Positions 37,489 through 49,900 of a stretch of DNA of 64,000 nucleotides are shown here, piece by piece. Source of the DNA: Phoronis australis (Eukaryota > Animalia > Phoronida); assembly GCA_002633005.1 (NCBI GenBank), contig NMRA01000296.1, forward strand, positions 288,399 through 352,398, read 5' to 3'. The notes under the pieces are model-generated. The model did no database searches. It was not told where the DNA came from and was given only the letters and a program-made list of their open reading frames with translations. Positions within the stretch are counted from its first letter, which is position 1; every line of letters begins with the position of its first letter. A program made the position numbers and the translations under genes.

Positions 37489-39007
37489 GGTTGCTCCGCA
37501 GTGCAGGGTGATGGGAGTCCGTGCTTTTACTAGTTCAGCTGAAGTTTGCGGACAAATTAACTGCATCTGCTCATCAGATGTTGGCAAAATAGGAACGTTC
37601 AAAGCCTGCTCATTCTATCACTTGTAGTTTAATTTCCCTCTTCTGTTGTATACCATCCCCCATACAGTATTGCCACCTTTTATGATTGATAAAATTTTCA
37701 GGCATTGGGATGCGTTCGGTAGGTGCAAGAAACTCCTGAAAAAGCAAGACTGCATAATACCATGCACAGGCATGCTAGCTAAAGGCAACCTTACTAACAA
37801 ACCCTAGCAAAATGGCGTTCACAGCTGTTATTGGTCGATGAGGTTGGAATGTTGAATTATCCAATAGAATTCATTGTTTCTGTTGCATGAGCTAGGATTT
37901 CTCATCACACGTGTCTGTGAGCGTTTTGCGTCTACGAAACCCAGCCCTGGTCTCGACAGATTTCACTTAATTAATTCCGTTGTTTTTTTGACATATTGAT
38001 GATTAAACTTCACTTTTTTGATAAGGTTTGATTTTGTGCACCATTTGTGGCTAGTACCACTAGTTCTTTTCAGTCTCTTTTTGGTAAAAGTCACTCTCAG
38101 AGGCCCCGCACTTTGAGAACCAGTTCTCTCAACTGAATTACTGGCATCAAACTGGTCCTCAAAATCCCGGACTCCTGTAAATGACCATTGTTCTCTTTTT
38201 GATATGTAGTCATGCCAACCAACACTAAAAAGTTTTACACAATATGATGTTATGTTGCACCATGCCAGTTGAATGTCTACCTCTGGCTTGACACCCAGAT
38301 CTTAAATAATGTTAACTTTGCTTATGTTCAGCTATTATAATGCTCACTTCTGAAGCTTTAAGTCTTTCAGTATCAAACCATTTTATCCAGAATAGATAAG
38401 TTATTTACAACTACATACAATGCAGTATTGTCAGTTATTGTCTCAAAAAACAAGGTTTTCATGTTTTCAGCAGTGCAAGGTAAATCACAGTAACTTCAGT
38501 CGTGTAAACGTTCAACTGTAGATGTTCTCTCATGCAAACCAAACTTTTTCCTCGTACCTCAGAAGTAGAATGCCTTTTGGGACGTAAAGTAATATTTTTA
38601 AAATGTCACTTTATTGTGTACACGTAATTTGGTCAAAAAGTACTTGTTTGATGCAAGACAAGGAAATGCTTGCTTCTTTTGAAGAAGATTGGATGATTTG
38701 TATTTTTCAACTATCACCAAGTTTGATCTTGTTGTTGGAGGTAATGTCCACACAGAAGAATTGTGTACATGCTACAAAAAGTCTAATTTTTGGCTGATTT
38801 GTATTTTTCTGTAGTTTTATTGCCGAGAATTAGATTATGATACTGGAGTTTTATGAGATGATGCCAGGAGGTATGAATTATTATATTTGTAATGGTAAAT
38901 TAATCATGCCGCTGTCTGAGACTTGAGATTTATAGTTTTGATGATCATTTTTCAGTTATGATATCAAACACACAAGATTTGGCATCTAATTTTTGCAGTT
39001 TGTGCAT

Positions 39008-39013
39008 AATAAA
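39008..39013 (+). terminator. Candidate SHMT polyadenylation signal (implies a ~1.5-kb 3' UTR)
   Basis: First AATAAA I noticed after the stop codon, followed by a GT/T-rich tract at ~39040-39060. Confidence 0.45.
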
Positions 39014-39484
39014 TACCAAATTGTGCTACCCCTATTCAGTATTGTCTTTTCTTGTTGGACGTTTGCGCAGTAAAATGTCACCAGTTGGGAGCTAAGTTCT
39101 TGGAGGGAAGAAGTTCATATTCCCCTATTGAAGAAGATATTAACTTGTGTTGGCAGTCAAAAAGTAACTTTCGAATTATAGTTCAAAGATATAAATTATG
39201 CATTTTGGTATATCCTGCCTTTTTAGAAGACTTTTGTCACGTTTTCTGCTTTTTTCGGAGTTTTTGTTTCTCTGAGGCGGACCATTTTGCCCACTTCGAC
39301 GAATGGTTGGGGGGGGGCTGGTTCGAGCTCCCTGGGTGCAGGCATGGATCTACCCTATTAATGGATGTAAATTCAACAAGACCACAAAACAAATTCAAAA
39401 GATCAATTTAGAAAACAATAATGCGCGATCGCACGAATCAATTTCACATATGTAATTGTGCATGTATGAAGAATTCGGAGTTGA

Positions 39485-39556
39485 GGCATTACCGGGAGCA
39501 CTGGCATTACCTGGAGCACTGGCATTACCTGGAGCACTGGCATTACCGGGAGCACC
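39485..39556. repeat. 18-bp tandem repeat x4
   Basis: GGCATTACC(G/T)GGAGCACT repeated. Confidence 0.93.
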
Positions 39557-40660
39557 CAACTTTTCATTTTCGAAAATATTTCAATGCAGCTAGGCCAACT
39601 ACTCGATGTTGCAACAGAACTACTATTGGTAGTTTGTTTGGGTTTTCAAAATGAACAGTACAAGATAATAGAGCGTCGTGAGTTACAATGTGAGAGGGGA
39701 TATAGGGATAATGCTATTGTGCGAGTAGTCTTCGCCGTCATGAGGGGATGGTATGAGTCTCTGGGGTGAGGAGGGTTATTATGGGAGTTACTTCTTCAAA
39801 AACGCTTAATCTCCTTTACAAATGTCACCCGCAAGTGGGCCTGTATTTTGATTTTGCGGATAGACACATCGTGTTACTTTTACTCACTAGGTGGTGTCAA
39901 CATCTAAATAGCTGAATAGATTGAGACCAAACTGTACTTCATCGTCTTCAAAGCGCCAGTGGGTTCTTCAACGGTCCCACGTGGTTAACCTGGTTGCTAG
40001 CACTTCAATATGGAGGAACGTGCTGCACCAGCTACCGACCCATAGTGAATTTCGATTAAGTTCCCAGGATATTCCAAATGAACTTAGCGAGTTTTATTCA
40101 TATTTATAGTCAGTCATTAGGTTATTTAGTTGTTTTAGAAGCCTGTTTTTAATCATTGTGTCGTTTGGGACTATATTTGCAACTCGGCAAACATTAAGAT
40201 CTAGTGTTGTAATGCGTTTTCTATTTCCGGTCTTACTGTTGCGGTGCCGGAAAGGTAAAACTGTGTCATATACTGAATACGCGCCATGAGGCTTTCCATC
40301 AGAATTATATGCGGCAAAGGTTGTTAACAAAAATAAACTACTTCGGTGGCCGAGAAAAGTTAATGCAATGCAGTTGCCTCCGGCCAAAAATGCCCTGCAG
40401 TTAGGTGTCGCTGGTGTCGCACTTATAGTAACAAAATCCCTACTATAGGTTACAATTAGGATTCCAAGTTTTGAATCATAGGTTAAAATAAAATTTTATG
40501 ATAAGAGTTCCCTCTAAGAACTGGACATTTTATCCAAAATAAATACTAAGCAGGCTTTGTGCGTTCGGCAACTAGGAGTACTGATACATGCTAGTTTCAA
40601 GATGATAATTCAGTTGTTGCATTCATCTCTGATGTTTATCGTCAGTTACTGTGGTTGATA

Positions 40661-41275
40661 CGGAAAGCCAAAGTGGAAAAATTCCAGGACACAAATTTCC
40701 TGTTCAAGAATTAAATTCTCTGCAGGACCAGAAAAATTTAGCGACAGCGAAAATTTATCGCGCCAGAACCTGTAATTTATCACGTCAAGATCAATCTTGA
40801 ATAAGTCAGGACACAAAATTTATCACGCTAGGACATACGATTTCTTGCCAGGAGAAAATTTCATGCCCGGAGACCACGTGACAATGACGATCTTCTGCTG
40901 TAAAACGTGGAAGAGACTACAGAAATTCAACACCATTGGCATGATAATGTGACTGTCGCCAGCGAGGCATTGTGTACCGATTACGGCACCTCTTTGAGGT
41001 ATCACGTCCTTGTAGATGGTCACGTGGTGTCCTGCCATGAAATTTTTCTGACGTGTGAAATTTTCCCGACGCGTGAAACTTCCCTTGGTGTAATAAATTT
41101 TGTGTCCTGGCGTGATAAATTTTCGGTCATGACGTGTTAAATTTTGGTCCTGATGTGATAAATTATAGGTGCTGGCGCGATAAATTTTGGTTTTGAGTAT
41201 ATTTTAGTCCTGCAAAGAATTTAATTCTTGAATAGAAAATTTGAGTTCTGGAATTTTTCTCTCCTTGGCTTTCCG
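40661..41275. mobile_element. MITE with long terminal inverted repeats flanked by TA
   Basis: TA|CGGAAAGCCAA...TTCAAGAATTAAATTCT ... AGAATTTAATTCTTGAA...TTGGCTTTCCG|TA. The arms (~200 bp) contain inverted AAATTTATCACG subrepeats. No coding capacity. Confidence 0.85.
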
Positions 41276-44200
41276 TACGCTGATGCCCTGTGATCTATTG
41301 GCGTGTCTATCCTAACAACGTATCGTATATACAGTACAATACACGTACAGGTCTCCGGTCTTCTTTGAGGTGGTCTCGTTTCATTGACACGACTGGACAG
41401 ATATTAATCAATTAGTGTGATATTTTTACAAACGAATTCAAAATATGACCGTGTGACAAGTTGGTGTGGTTTTGAATGTCCAGTGCGAATCTATTGTGCC
41501 CGTCTCAATAGTTTATTTTGATTACGTCGGGTAATCAACTCCGTACACAGAAGTAAACGTGACGAGAGGGGAGTCGGGTTGACTAGCTAAAGTTTATTAA
41601 AAATCATAATCTGTCGTATATTTATACAACGATGCTGAACAGTGTTCTTAAACTTGCCTAAGGAGCGATTCCAAAACACTCGTGGGAAGTGTCCCGCTAA
41701 TTATCGGACAAGACCACAATTCCCTCACATTGGAAAATGTGGATTGACTAAAATAGTTTTCGGGCGTGACAACGTAATGGAAAATGAAAACGTTATAACT
41801 CATGGAAAAATTTACAAGGTGGTCAAAGCTCCTTTTTGCGTACCACTTCTCGAGTTCATACATTCAGTTATGCAACTTCGTGAGAACTTGTTGCGTACCT
41901 AAGTACTTAAAACTTTGTTGAGTTTGGTCTATAACCTTTAAAACAGAAATTAAAACAGAAATTATTTGAGTGAGCAGTGATGCCGGACCACAACAGTTTA
42001 CTTTTTGTGGGAAAGATAACTCGCTCGTGGAAAAATCACGGAAAATGAAAACATGGCGAAAGTGGGAGCTACGAATTATGAAAAGTGGGGTTTTGTTTGC
42101 CCTCACGATTTCAACACTGAAACGTGTTAGGTTTTGAAATACGTACTCAGATCAGCAAGAAAATCTTCAAATTCTGAGACCGAAAACAGAGTGTCATTGA
42201 TCACGTGGTTTGAAACCATTGACACCATTCAGTCATCAAGGAATGTTGTGTAATGGTGCTTAGAAGTACAGACATGGTTTCATCAGGAGACACACCGCGC
42301 GTAGGTTGTTGGAATCCTTGCCGTGGGGTGAACTATAATTATACTTGAAAACATTAAGTGACGATCCCTTTTAGAACCGGAAAACCGTATCGTGATTACA
42401 CTTAATCACTCATTTTTCAATCGGTGGATTTGTCAGTTGTTATGAAATTGTCATTGGCGTTTGCGCAAATATTTACCGGATACTGCATTGAACTCCCAAT
42501 AGGCATTTCCTTGTCTTCGAATACAAGGGGGTCTGGAGTACAAGACCGTGTCTGAACCTGCCCGTTGTGGGGCTTATATTCGCTATCCATCCCCTGGGCG
42601 GGATTCTGCATTCGTTCGCGCTAGAGTAGTTCTCTTCTTGTGGTTATGCGGTTTTGGCGGAAACCGAGACAAGAACGCGCCAAGTTTACTAAGCACTGTC
42701 GTGAATTTGTATATCATCCTATTTTGTTTATTTACAATTTATTTAACTTTTACAAAAGCGCACAGTCGCACCGGCTTGACCTGCCGTCTTCAAATAATGC
42801 GCCATTGTGAGGCCAGTTCTAATCTGATAATATCCAGTGTCTCGTGTGTTTTATTTGGGAGACGCATTGGAGTTGTTTTGTTGGTTTAAAGTAACAGTTC
42901 TCTGTTCACCGGCCGTGAATGGACACTCACTTTATTTAGCACTTCTCAAATTCTCGTTTGTGGTTGTGTTTATTTGCACAAATAAGGGCATTGTTGTGAA
43001 TTACGCAATAATTTTGCGTAGGTACTTGCTACTATGAACATGGCGACCGTGTTAGTGATATCACCGCTCATTACTCATACTTCTCTCTGTGACTAAAATA
43101 CTTTGTAGATTAGAATATACACTTTGATCGCATTTTCGTGGTATGCAACAGGACATTATTTATTTAATTTAAATTGCAGTTAGCATCGTGCTAGCATTGA
43201 ACTTTTAACGACAATACGAATAATATTCGAAATTACAACGAGTTTAAAATTTAAAAATGTAGTCAATCAATAAAAAATTGCGCTTAAAATGCATCAAATC
43301 AAACAAGCAGACGGACAATGTATATGTCAATCACTCAATAAATTAACCAATCAGTTATCAGTACTGAATCCTCTTCGATTCAAGCTCGAGATGTGTTGAC
43401 GTTTCTGGCTCGTTTCACGCATATAGTACAGTGAAACTGGCAGAAGACTTATCAACCTCAACCATGTCTCACGTAAGGGAACCGTTAAAGAGACATTACT
43501 GGCGAGAGTGGTTTTCTAAGTCAGCTCCAACGCGAAATCGAACCCTCAACGTCAATGGTCGCAGTCCAACGATTTGCTGACGTAGCTAAACCCATTCGAT
43601 AACTGGCAGAGTATTTTAGCGTAAAACTGCTCAGGTCACAGGCCTTGATTTCAGTTTCAACTTGGTTTGTGATACGAGATTTCAGCAATTATGGGCATAC
43701 CATGGCGAAAATTGTCGGTTTGTAATAAAATCACAAAAATACAACGGTTTTTGTTGCTTTATAGGCCCTTATCAAAGCTAATAACTTCAAGAAGTTCTCA
43801 TCATTCAACAGTAATCCCCAAAATGTTTTTTGCATCGTTAAACAGATTATGTCCGTTATAACGTAGGTGAAAATTTCCAAGTATTTGACGCCCCCCTCAC
43901 AGCTTGCAACACGTGATGAAGAGTAAATTTTGCTTCTAATTCTGTGACTCTAACTATTGTTGCCTTGTGTCCTGCTGCGTTTAACTCGTAAGTTGCGGAC
44001 GGGTTACATTATAAAATAATTCGACATGTGGATTTGATTTCTTGTCGCCACTACGGAGCAAAGTGCACGGCGCCAGCCGTTGTGTATTCGCCGATTCTGT
44101 ATGCGGTGTATAAGTCCCGTGACAACTAAAATTTGAAACACGTTGTCACCTGTTACCTCGACATTTGTGATTGCCTGCACGGGCTGCGTTGTGCAGAGCA

Positions 44201-46467
44201 AGTATCGTGCAACAAAAGGAAACAAGATCACGTAAGTCTTCGCGAGAAATCACCATGCCTTACAAGAAATGCAAGGGAACACACCAGCTTTACTTGCGAG
44301 TGGCTGGCCTGTACGGAATGCTCCTCAATGCTTTTGCTGGAAATGTCCAGGAGTCTGTGTCATGAAAAATGAGTCGGAAATTTAGTTTTACGTACCACTT
44401 AACTATTCCTCAAAATAATTAAAACTCACTTTAGCTTAAGTACAAAATATGTGAAAGTATGCCCAAAACTGCTACTAACTGAGTCAATTTGTATAAATTA
44501 TTTTTAAGCGGTGATTTGAAAATAATTTCATGATTAAACCTTTATTCGGTAATTGTGAAGTGGAGGTGTAAGACCACACTTTTCAATCCTCCTTAGTGCA
44601 ATATTTTTACACGTGCCAGCAATGAGTAGTAAAGTGTGCACTGAACCTGTTACTTTGCTCGGGTTTTCAAATTAAAAACTAATTTCCTACAGATTTCATC
44701 TTAGCTGAGGCTTTATCTCTCTCTGTAAAACAATTAGGTCCTACAAAATCGTCAACTAATGGTTATTACAGGAGTACGTGCTTTACATTCAGTGCCGATG
44801 CTACGTTTTGCAGAGAGTACTTTTGCGAGAACGAAGAAGCTGTCTTTCGTTAGCACTCAGTGCCGAGGCTGTTGGTTGATTTTTATCAATTTCAATTTCG
44901 TATTTCTTTTTTTTAATATCTATCTTCCATGAGTTCCGTCAATTTGATGTTACTACCAGACCGTGCCTCATTCCATACATAAGTAGTGCCTATGTAACTG
45001 TCGAGTATTTTATCGGCCTGTTCACGTGCGCCCAGAATTTGTTAAATGCGCAACTTTGCTGTTATTTCCGACTCATCTATTCTATCCTTGCTCTTTGCGG
45101 GACGGAAGAATATACCGCTAGTTGGAGTGAGTGCCCCCTGTAGAAAAAATAACGACCGCAACACAGTCAAGTGTTCAACAAATTTGGCATACAGTTATGG
45201 AATCGTACAATTATACTCAAATAACCAAAGTTCACTATGTTTGTATGTATGTTTTACAGTTGTTTTATTTAGTATCTGTTCTATCCTGAACTTCTATTAA
45301 AAGCATTTTTTTGAAAAATAATTATAGTAAACTTGTCTCTTACCTGATAAAATGGTCCAGTTTCAAGCACTACTCTATACATGCGTTTCGTTAAAGGAAT
45401 ATCAAATTTAATTAAAAAAGCCATTATTGTAAAGCTAACATCACTAAATTGTACGAAAATCAAATAAATTTTTTATTCTATTTCTGCAACTTTCTAGTTT
45501 TACCGCTCCGTGGGCATAGGTCACGAGTGTACTCAATCATATCCTATCAAAACGATTAAAAGCTGAAGCTAATTATGCTGGTGGGATGTTTTAACTTAGG
45601 CTATGCTTAAAGGATTAGACGTGAGCGCACACTCGAGTATAAAGAAGGTGCCAGTCGCGGGCGCGTCGATCAAGATATTATTATTGTACGAACGTCTCCG
45701 CTGGTATTTAGAGGGAACTTGACTTTAAATACCCGTGTAGTGTCTTTTATGGTCATTATTCACAAACGTATTTCTTCTGTAAGAGTGGCTACAATACACA
45801 TCACGATCGCTGCACAGCGGAAGGTTAATTTCGATAAAAGAGATTTCCCCCCGATACGGCAGTGTTTAATGGGGCGCGTAAATCTATAGTCGCCGTACTG
45901 GCTTATCGTTCATTCATACTTTCGCGAATCATCGCAGGACAAGGACGTAGGAGAGAGTGTGCTGCGGCGAACCTGTTCTCACTCGGGTATTAAACGCGAG
46001 TTAAACACGGAGAAATCCGATCCCTGTCTTCGCTTACACCAGTATTACGATATATCCAAACACCGAGGGAGGGCGATCGTGCTGGGACGATTGTTTTCTA
46101 TAAGCAAACTCGATGAATTAAAAAGCCTTTCAGCGGAGTACATATTGATGTTAAAGGAAACATAGTGAATAGTACCGCCGAGGTGTTACGAAGATCTTTT
46201 GACGAGGTGCGACGATAGGAAATGATTCTTAAGTTTAGTTACGACCGTTCCTGAAATGGTGCGCGTTTTCTTTGGATATTGTTATTGTGTAGCTCAGTTC
46301 TAACACGAATGGTGTCTGATTCATTCAGCGTCAAGTGGCCAGCCATTGATATGGTTTAATTTGGTTTTAATACGATCGGGGATCACACACGCGCAGGAAA
46401 CTCAAGGACTACGTATCCCAGAATCTCTCGCGGCGACGTTGCGCGATCGCATTTTTCCCGCTGAATT

Positions 46468-46957
46468 ATGGAAAAGCACAGGATGCAATATAATGGGAGG
46501 TGGATGAATATTTTTACATTTTGGAGGATATTTATTGTTGTGTTAACATTTTCGGAGCTGACGAAAGGGTGCATTTTGCTTCTCAACGGGTGGCAACCTC
46601 TTCCAGCGCCAAAACGGGCCGCACTAGCAGATATTGTGGTGTCCGCAATCGCGAGAAGAACTTTCAAGGATGTCCGCACTGAAGCCGACACGTACTCGGC
46701 AGAGTTTTACGTGTTCACGGTTCTCAAAGGTCATAAGTTAATGAAAAAAATTCCCAACAATTCTCTACATCCTAATATTTACAACGTGAGCAACTTTGGT
46801 GATAAACCCATGTGCTACGCCGATGTTAATAGTGGAAATTCATATATTTTATTTCTAACGACTTTCAACGGTGGCCTGTCCGCAAAATATGACGATGTGT
46901 TTGGAGCAACCATAGACTATTCGTTTGATTTGGAGTCGAAAACATTAGAGTCACTGG
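46468..46957 (+). CDS. Exon: signal peptide plus agrin N-terminal (NtA)-like domain
   Basis: Hydrophobic IFTFWRIFIVVLTFSELTKG|C, then R...ADIVVSA...YSAEFYVFTVLKG...VSNFGD..MCYADV..G.SYILFL, the NtA/TIMP-like OB-fold pattern. Donor G|GTGAGT. The start could be a later Met (46483 or 46504). Confidence 0.82.
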
Positions 46958-49900
46958 GTGAGTAACCGAGTTATCGCCATTGTTCTGTTTACCAGTTGAT
47001 TACCCTCTGATTTCTAGCATCGACTGTTTGTAGCTAAGACTAACCTCTTCAGTTACGTTTCCTAAACAAAACAACTGCATCTCACATCTCACATCAACGT
47101 ATACATATATCTGCAACGATTGAAGACGAAAGCCCAAAATCTACACATGAATTTTTCTGAGTGCCGACTTCACTAGGAAATGTTTGTACTCGGTGAGTTT
47201 TGAAGGTGATGCGAAACATTTTGCAGCCCTTTCGTGAAAATGAACGTAAACTATGTTATTTACTTGTGTCGAATTGCTGAAGCGTAAGGCGTCGGTCATT
47301 TTTACTACTAATGACCCAGAGGCGGAGAGACAGGGGTCGTTGGAGAGATTTTAGACACATTTTAAACTACATTACTTTTTTAACCTCTAGCTTGTTCTAG
47401 CGTGTTCCAAACTTAATTTCAATTATCAGCCCCTCCAAAGCGGTAAAATTTCAGACTTTAAATTTCATTTTAATCGGGAAAATGTGTACGTTTTTAGTTT
47501 GGCGAAGAAATTGACGAAGAAATTGCTTTAACAGGAGGGCTGGAAATTCACTATCTTCTTTGTAATGCGAAGTCCGGATTAAAGAGATAATCTGTTTAAC
47601 ATTACACAACGATATAAACACTGCGTTATCAGTTCGGGCAGCAGCCATGCCAAGTATCCAAGCCTCTTTTTCGACGCATACTGCAATTAACACCGTAATA
47701 TCGAGGAATACGAATTTTGTAAGAACGCAGTAACTAAATTATTAAATAACAAATTTTCAATAAAGTAATAAATGTGACATCCATGATTGCTAAAATTGAT
47801 CTTTGAAAAAATTGTTCGACAAGTCAACAACAACGCAAATAAAAAAACATAAATACGCCGGAAATTGAATGATTCTCTGGAAAGAATGCACAGATTTTCA
47901 AATGCGACAGCAAATATATGAAGCACGGGCAAATGTTGGTTTCATTCTTAATCGCGGAAGATCAAGGAAATGGTACAAACGTTTTTACGGAATATAGATA
48001 TTGAAAACATTACTATAAACACAAAAGAACTATCAGCCCTGGGCTACTGCTATCGCAGCGATAGCAGTCGTCTCCAAGCAGGCTGTTTTCTCGAGCACAA
48101 AGCATTGTAGTTAGCAAACTTAAAAACCGGTTGCTTTTTAATCTGGATTTTCATTTTTTTAATTCCATGCTGCTATAACAAAAAATCGTTTATTTCCTAC
48201 AAAAACAATTCATTGGTTAAATTCAACTAAAGGTGAGTTATAAAACAGTCGTGGTACGAACGTGGAAATAAATTTCATGATTAAACTTAATGCTATGCTG
48301 CTAAATTTCTTTCGCGAAATATTACGTAAAGCGATCAAGATTCCAACTTATAAATAATCTATCACTCACCTAAAACCCTTTCATCACTAACTGTCCATTA
48401 TGATTAACGGAGCATCAAACATAAGATTCCAAATTTTACACGCTCGCTTCAAATCATTCGTCAATAATACCACTTTGCAACGAAACTGTTACACTGTCAT
48501 TGAGAACAATCCATGTTTACTGCAGTCGCGCAAAAGTACAACAAAAAATTCTATACACGCCACGCGGACTATAGAGCGATACTCCGCTTTTCGAGGGGCA
48601 TTAAATCCTCTTTAGAATAGACTGAGATGAGGAGTATTAACAATTTGTTCATTCGATTCAAGTGAGGATATACCCTGAATAGACGAATGCCACCCACAAT
48701 TAGCAGAAACTAAAAATCTTCAAGGTTTATGATGTTCTCAATGCGCAACTTGCTATTGATAATTTACAGGTGCAGGCAATGTCAACGCACTGTACCCCTA
48801 AACACACACAGCAGCCATCCTTCGTGTTTTTCATGCGTTTACCTTTTGAACAAGTCATACACGAATATGTTAGAATCTTTGTTATAAAGTTCTGAACGGA
48901 ATCAGTCGGAAGCGAAGGGTCGAGGAGGGTGAGTGGGGTAACAGTGTAGATGTCAAAGTTTACAGTCGATGAGAACAACTTGTTAGGGATGTCTGAGACA
49001 AGACGTTCAATTGAAGAGATTTTAGAAAAAGGGTTTTCAACGTGGGCAAAGCAACAGGGTAGTCAACTCATCTGTCACGGTCCCTCCGCATGCGCAGACG
49101 ACAGCAAAAGCTGAGGAAATAACCACATCTGTGTAGATCACGTAGACATTATGGGAATGAGTTTGTACATGTTGTGGCCCTTGGCACATTCTTTTCAAGA
49201 GTCCGCGAGAGACTCAGTCACTTACTCTGTGTTCTAACGTTTTTAGGACAGTGGAGGCGTGGTTCCAAAGTAGGTGTCTATAAGTTCCAGACTCTTTCCG
49301 TGCACAATCAGTTTTGCCTCGATTGCAACAGAGAAAATCATGCCTCTGTGTCTATTCATGGCCATGATCGTGGATCCGCACCTACAACGAGGTATTCATT
49401 GTGTACCTTACACAGCCTTGTGACATTGTGTAAAGCCGAAGAATCTAACCTAGCTCATATATCATCTCTTAATACACGACCCTCACAAATCCAGCGTGAC
49501 GGAACGGTTGATGCCTTCCGTTTGATGGAAAAAATGTTCTGCTATGGGCTTCCGTTTTCAAGTAATACGTAGGCTGAGCCCGTGTAGCTTATGGTGTAGA
49601 TAGGAGTTATAACATTTCGCTAACTAGATAAATCGTACACAGCAATTTCAATGAATTCTAGGCTCATATTGGAGGCACGCAGAAAATTATCACACATTTC
49701 AGTAATGCAAGTTTGTGATTTTATGTTCCTTGTACGAGGTCTTATCAAACTACCAATCTGTTTTATTGCTGAACACAGGAGATCAGAGTTCGTAGAGGCC
49801 AAGTTTCTAACTCTAAGACGACAAAATGCTCGTTCTGTTCGGAATGCAAACGAGCCACGATTTCTTATGATGTTGAAGACAACTCAGCGCTATTTACTAT

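Noticed and set aside
46468-46957. Calling the third gene agrin or a collagen
   Set aside because: No follistatin/Kazal repeats follow the NtA-like domain and no Gly-X-Y repeats appear in the window, so no gene symbol is assigned.
48030-48075. Hairpin ACTGCTATCGCAGCGATAGCAGT as a regulatory RNA or terminator
   Set aside because: Isolated short palindrome in an intron, more likely a repeat-element end; nothing else supports function.
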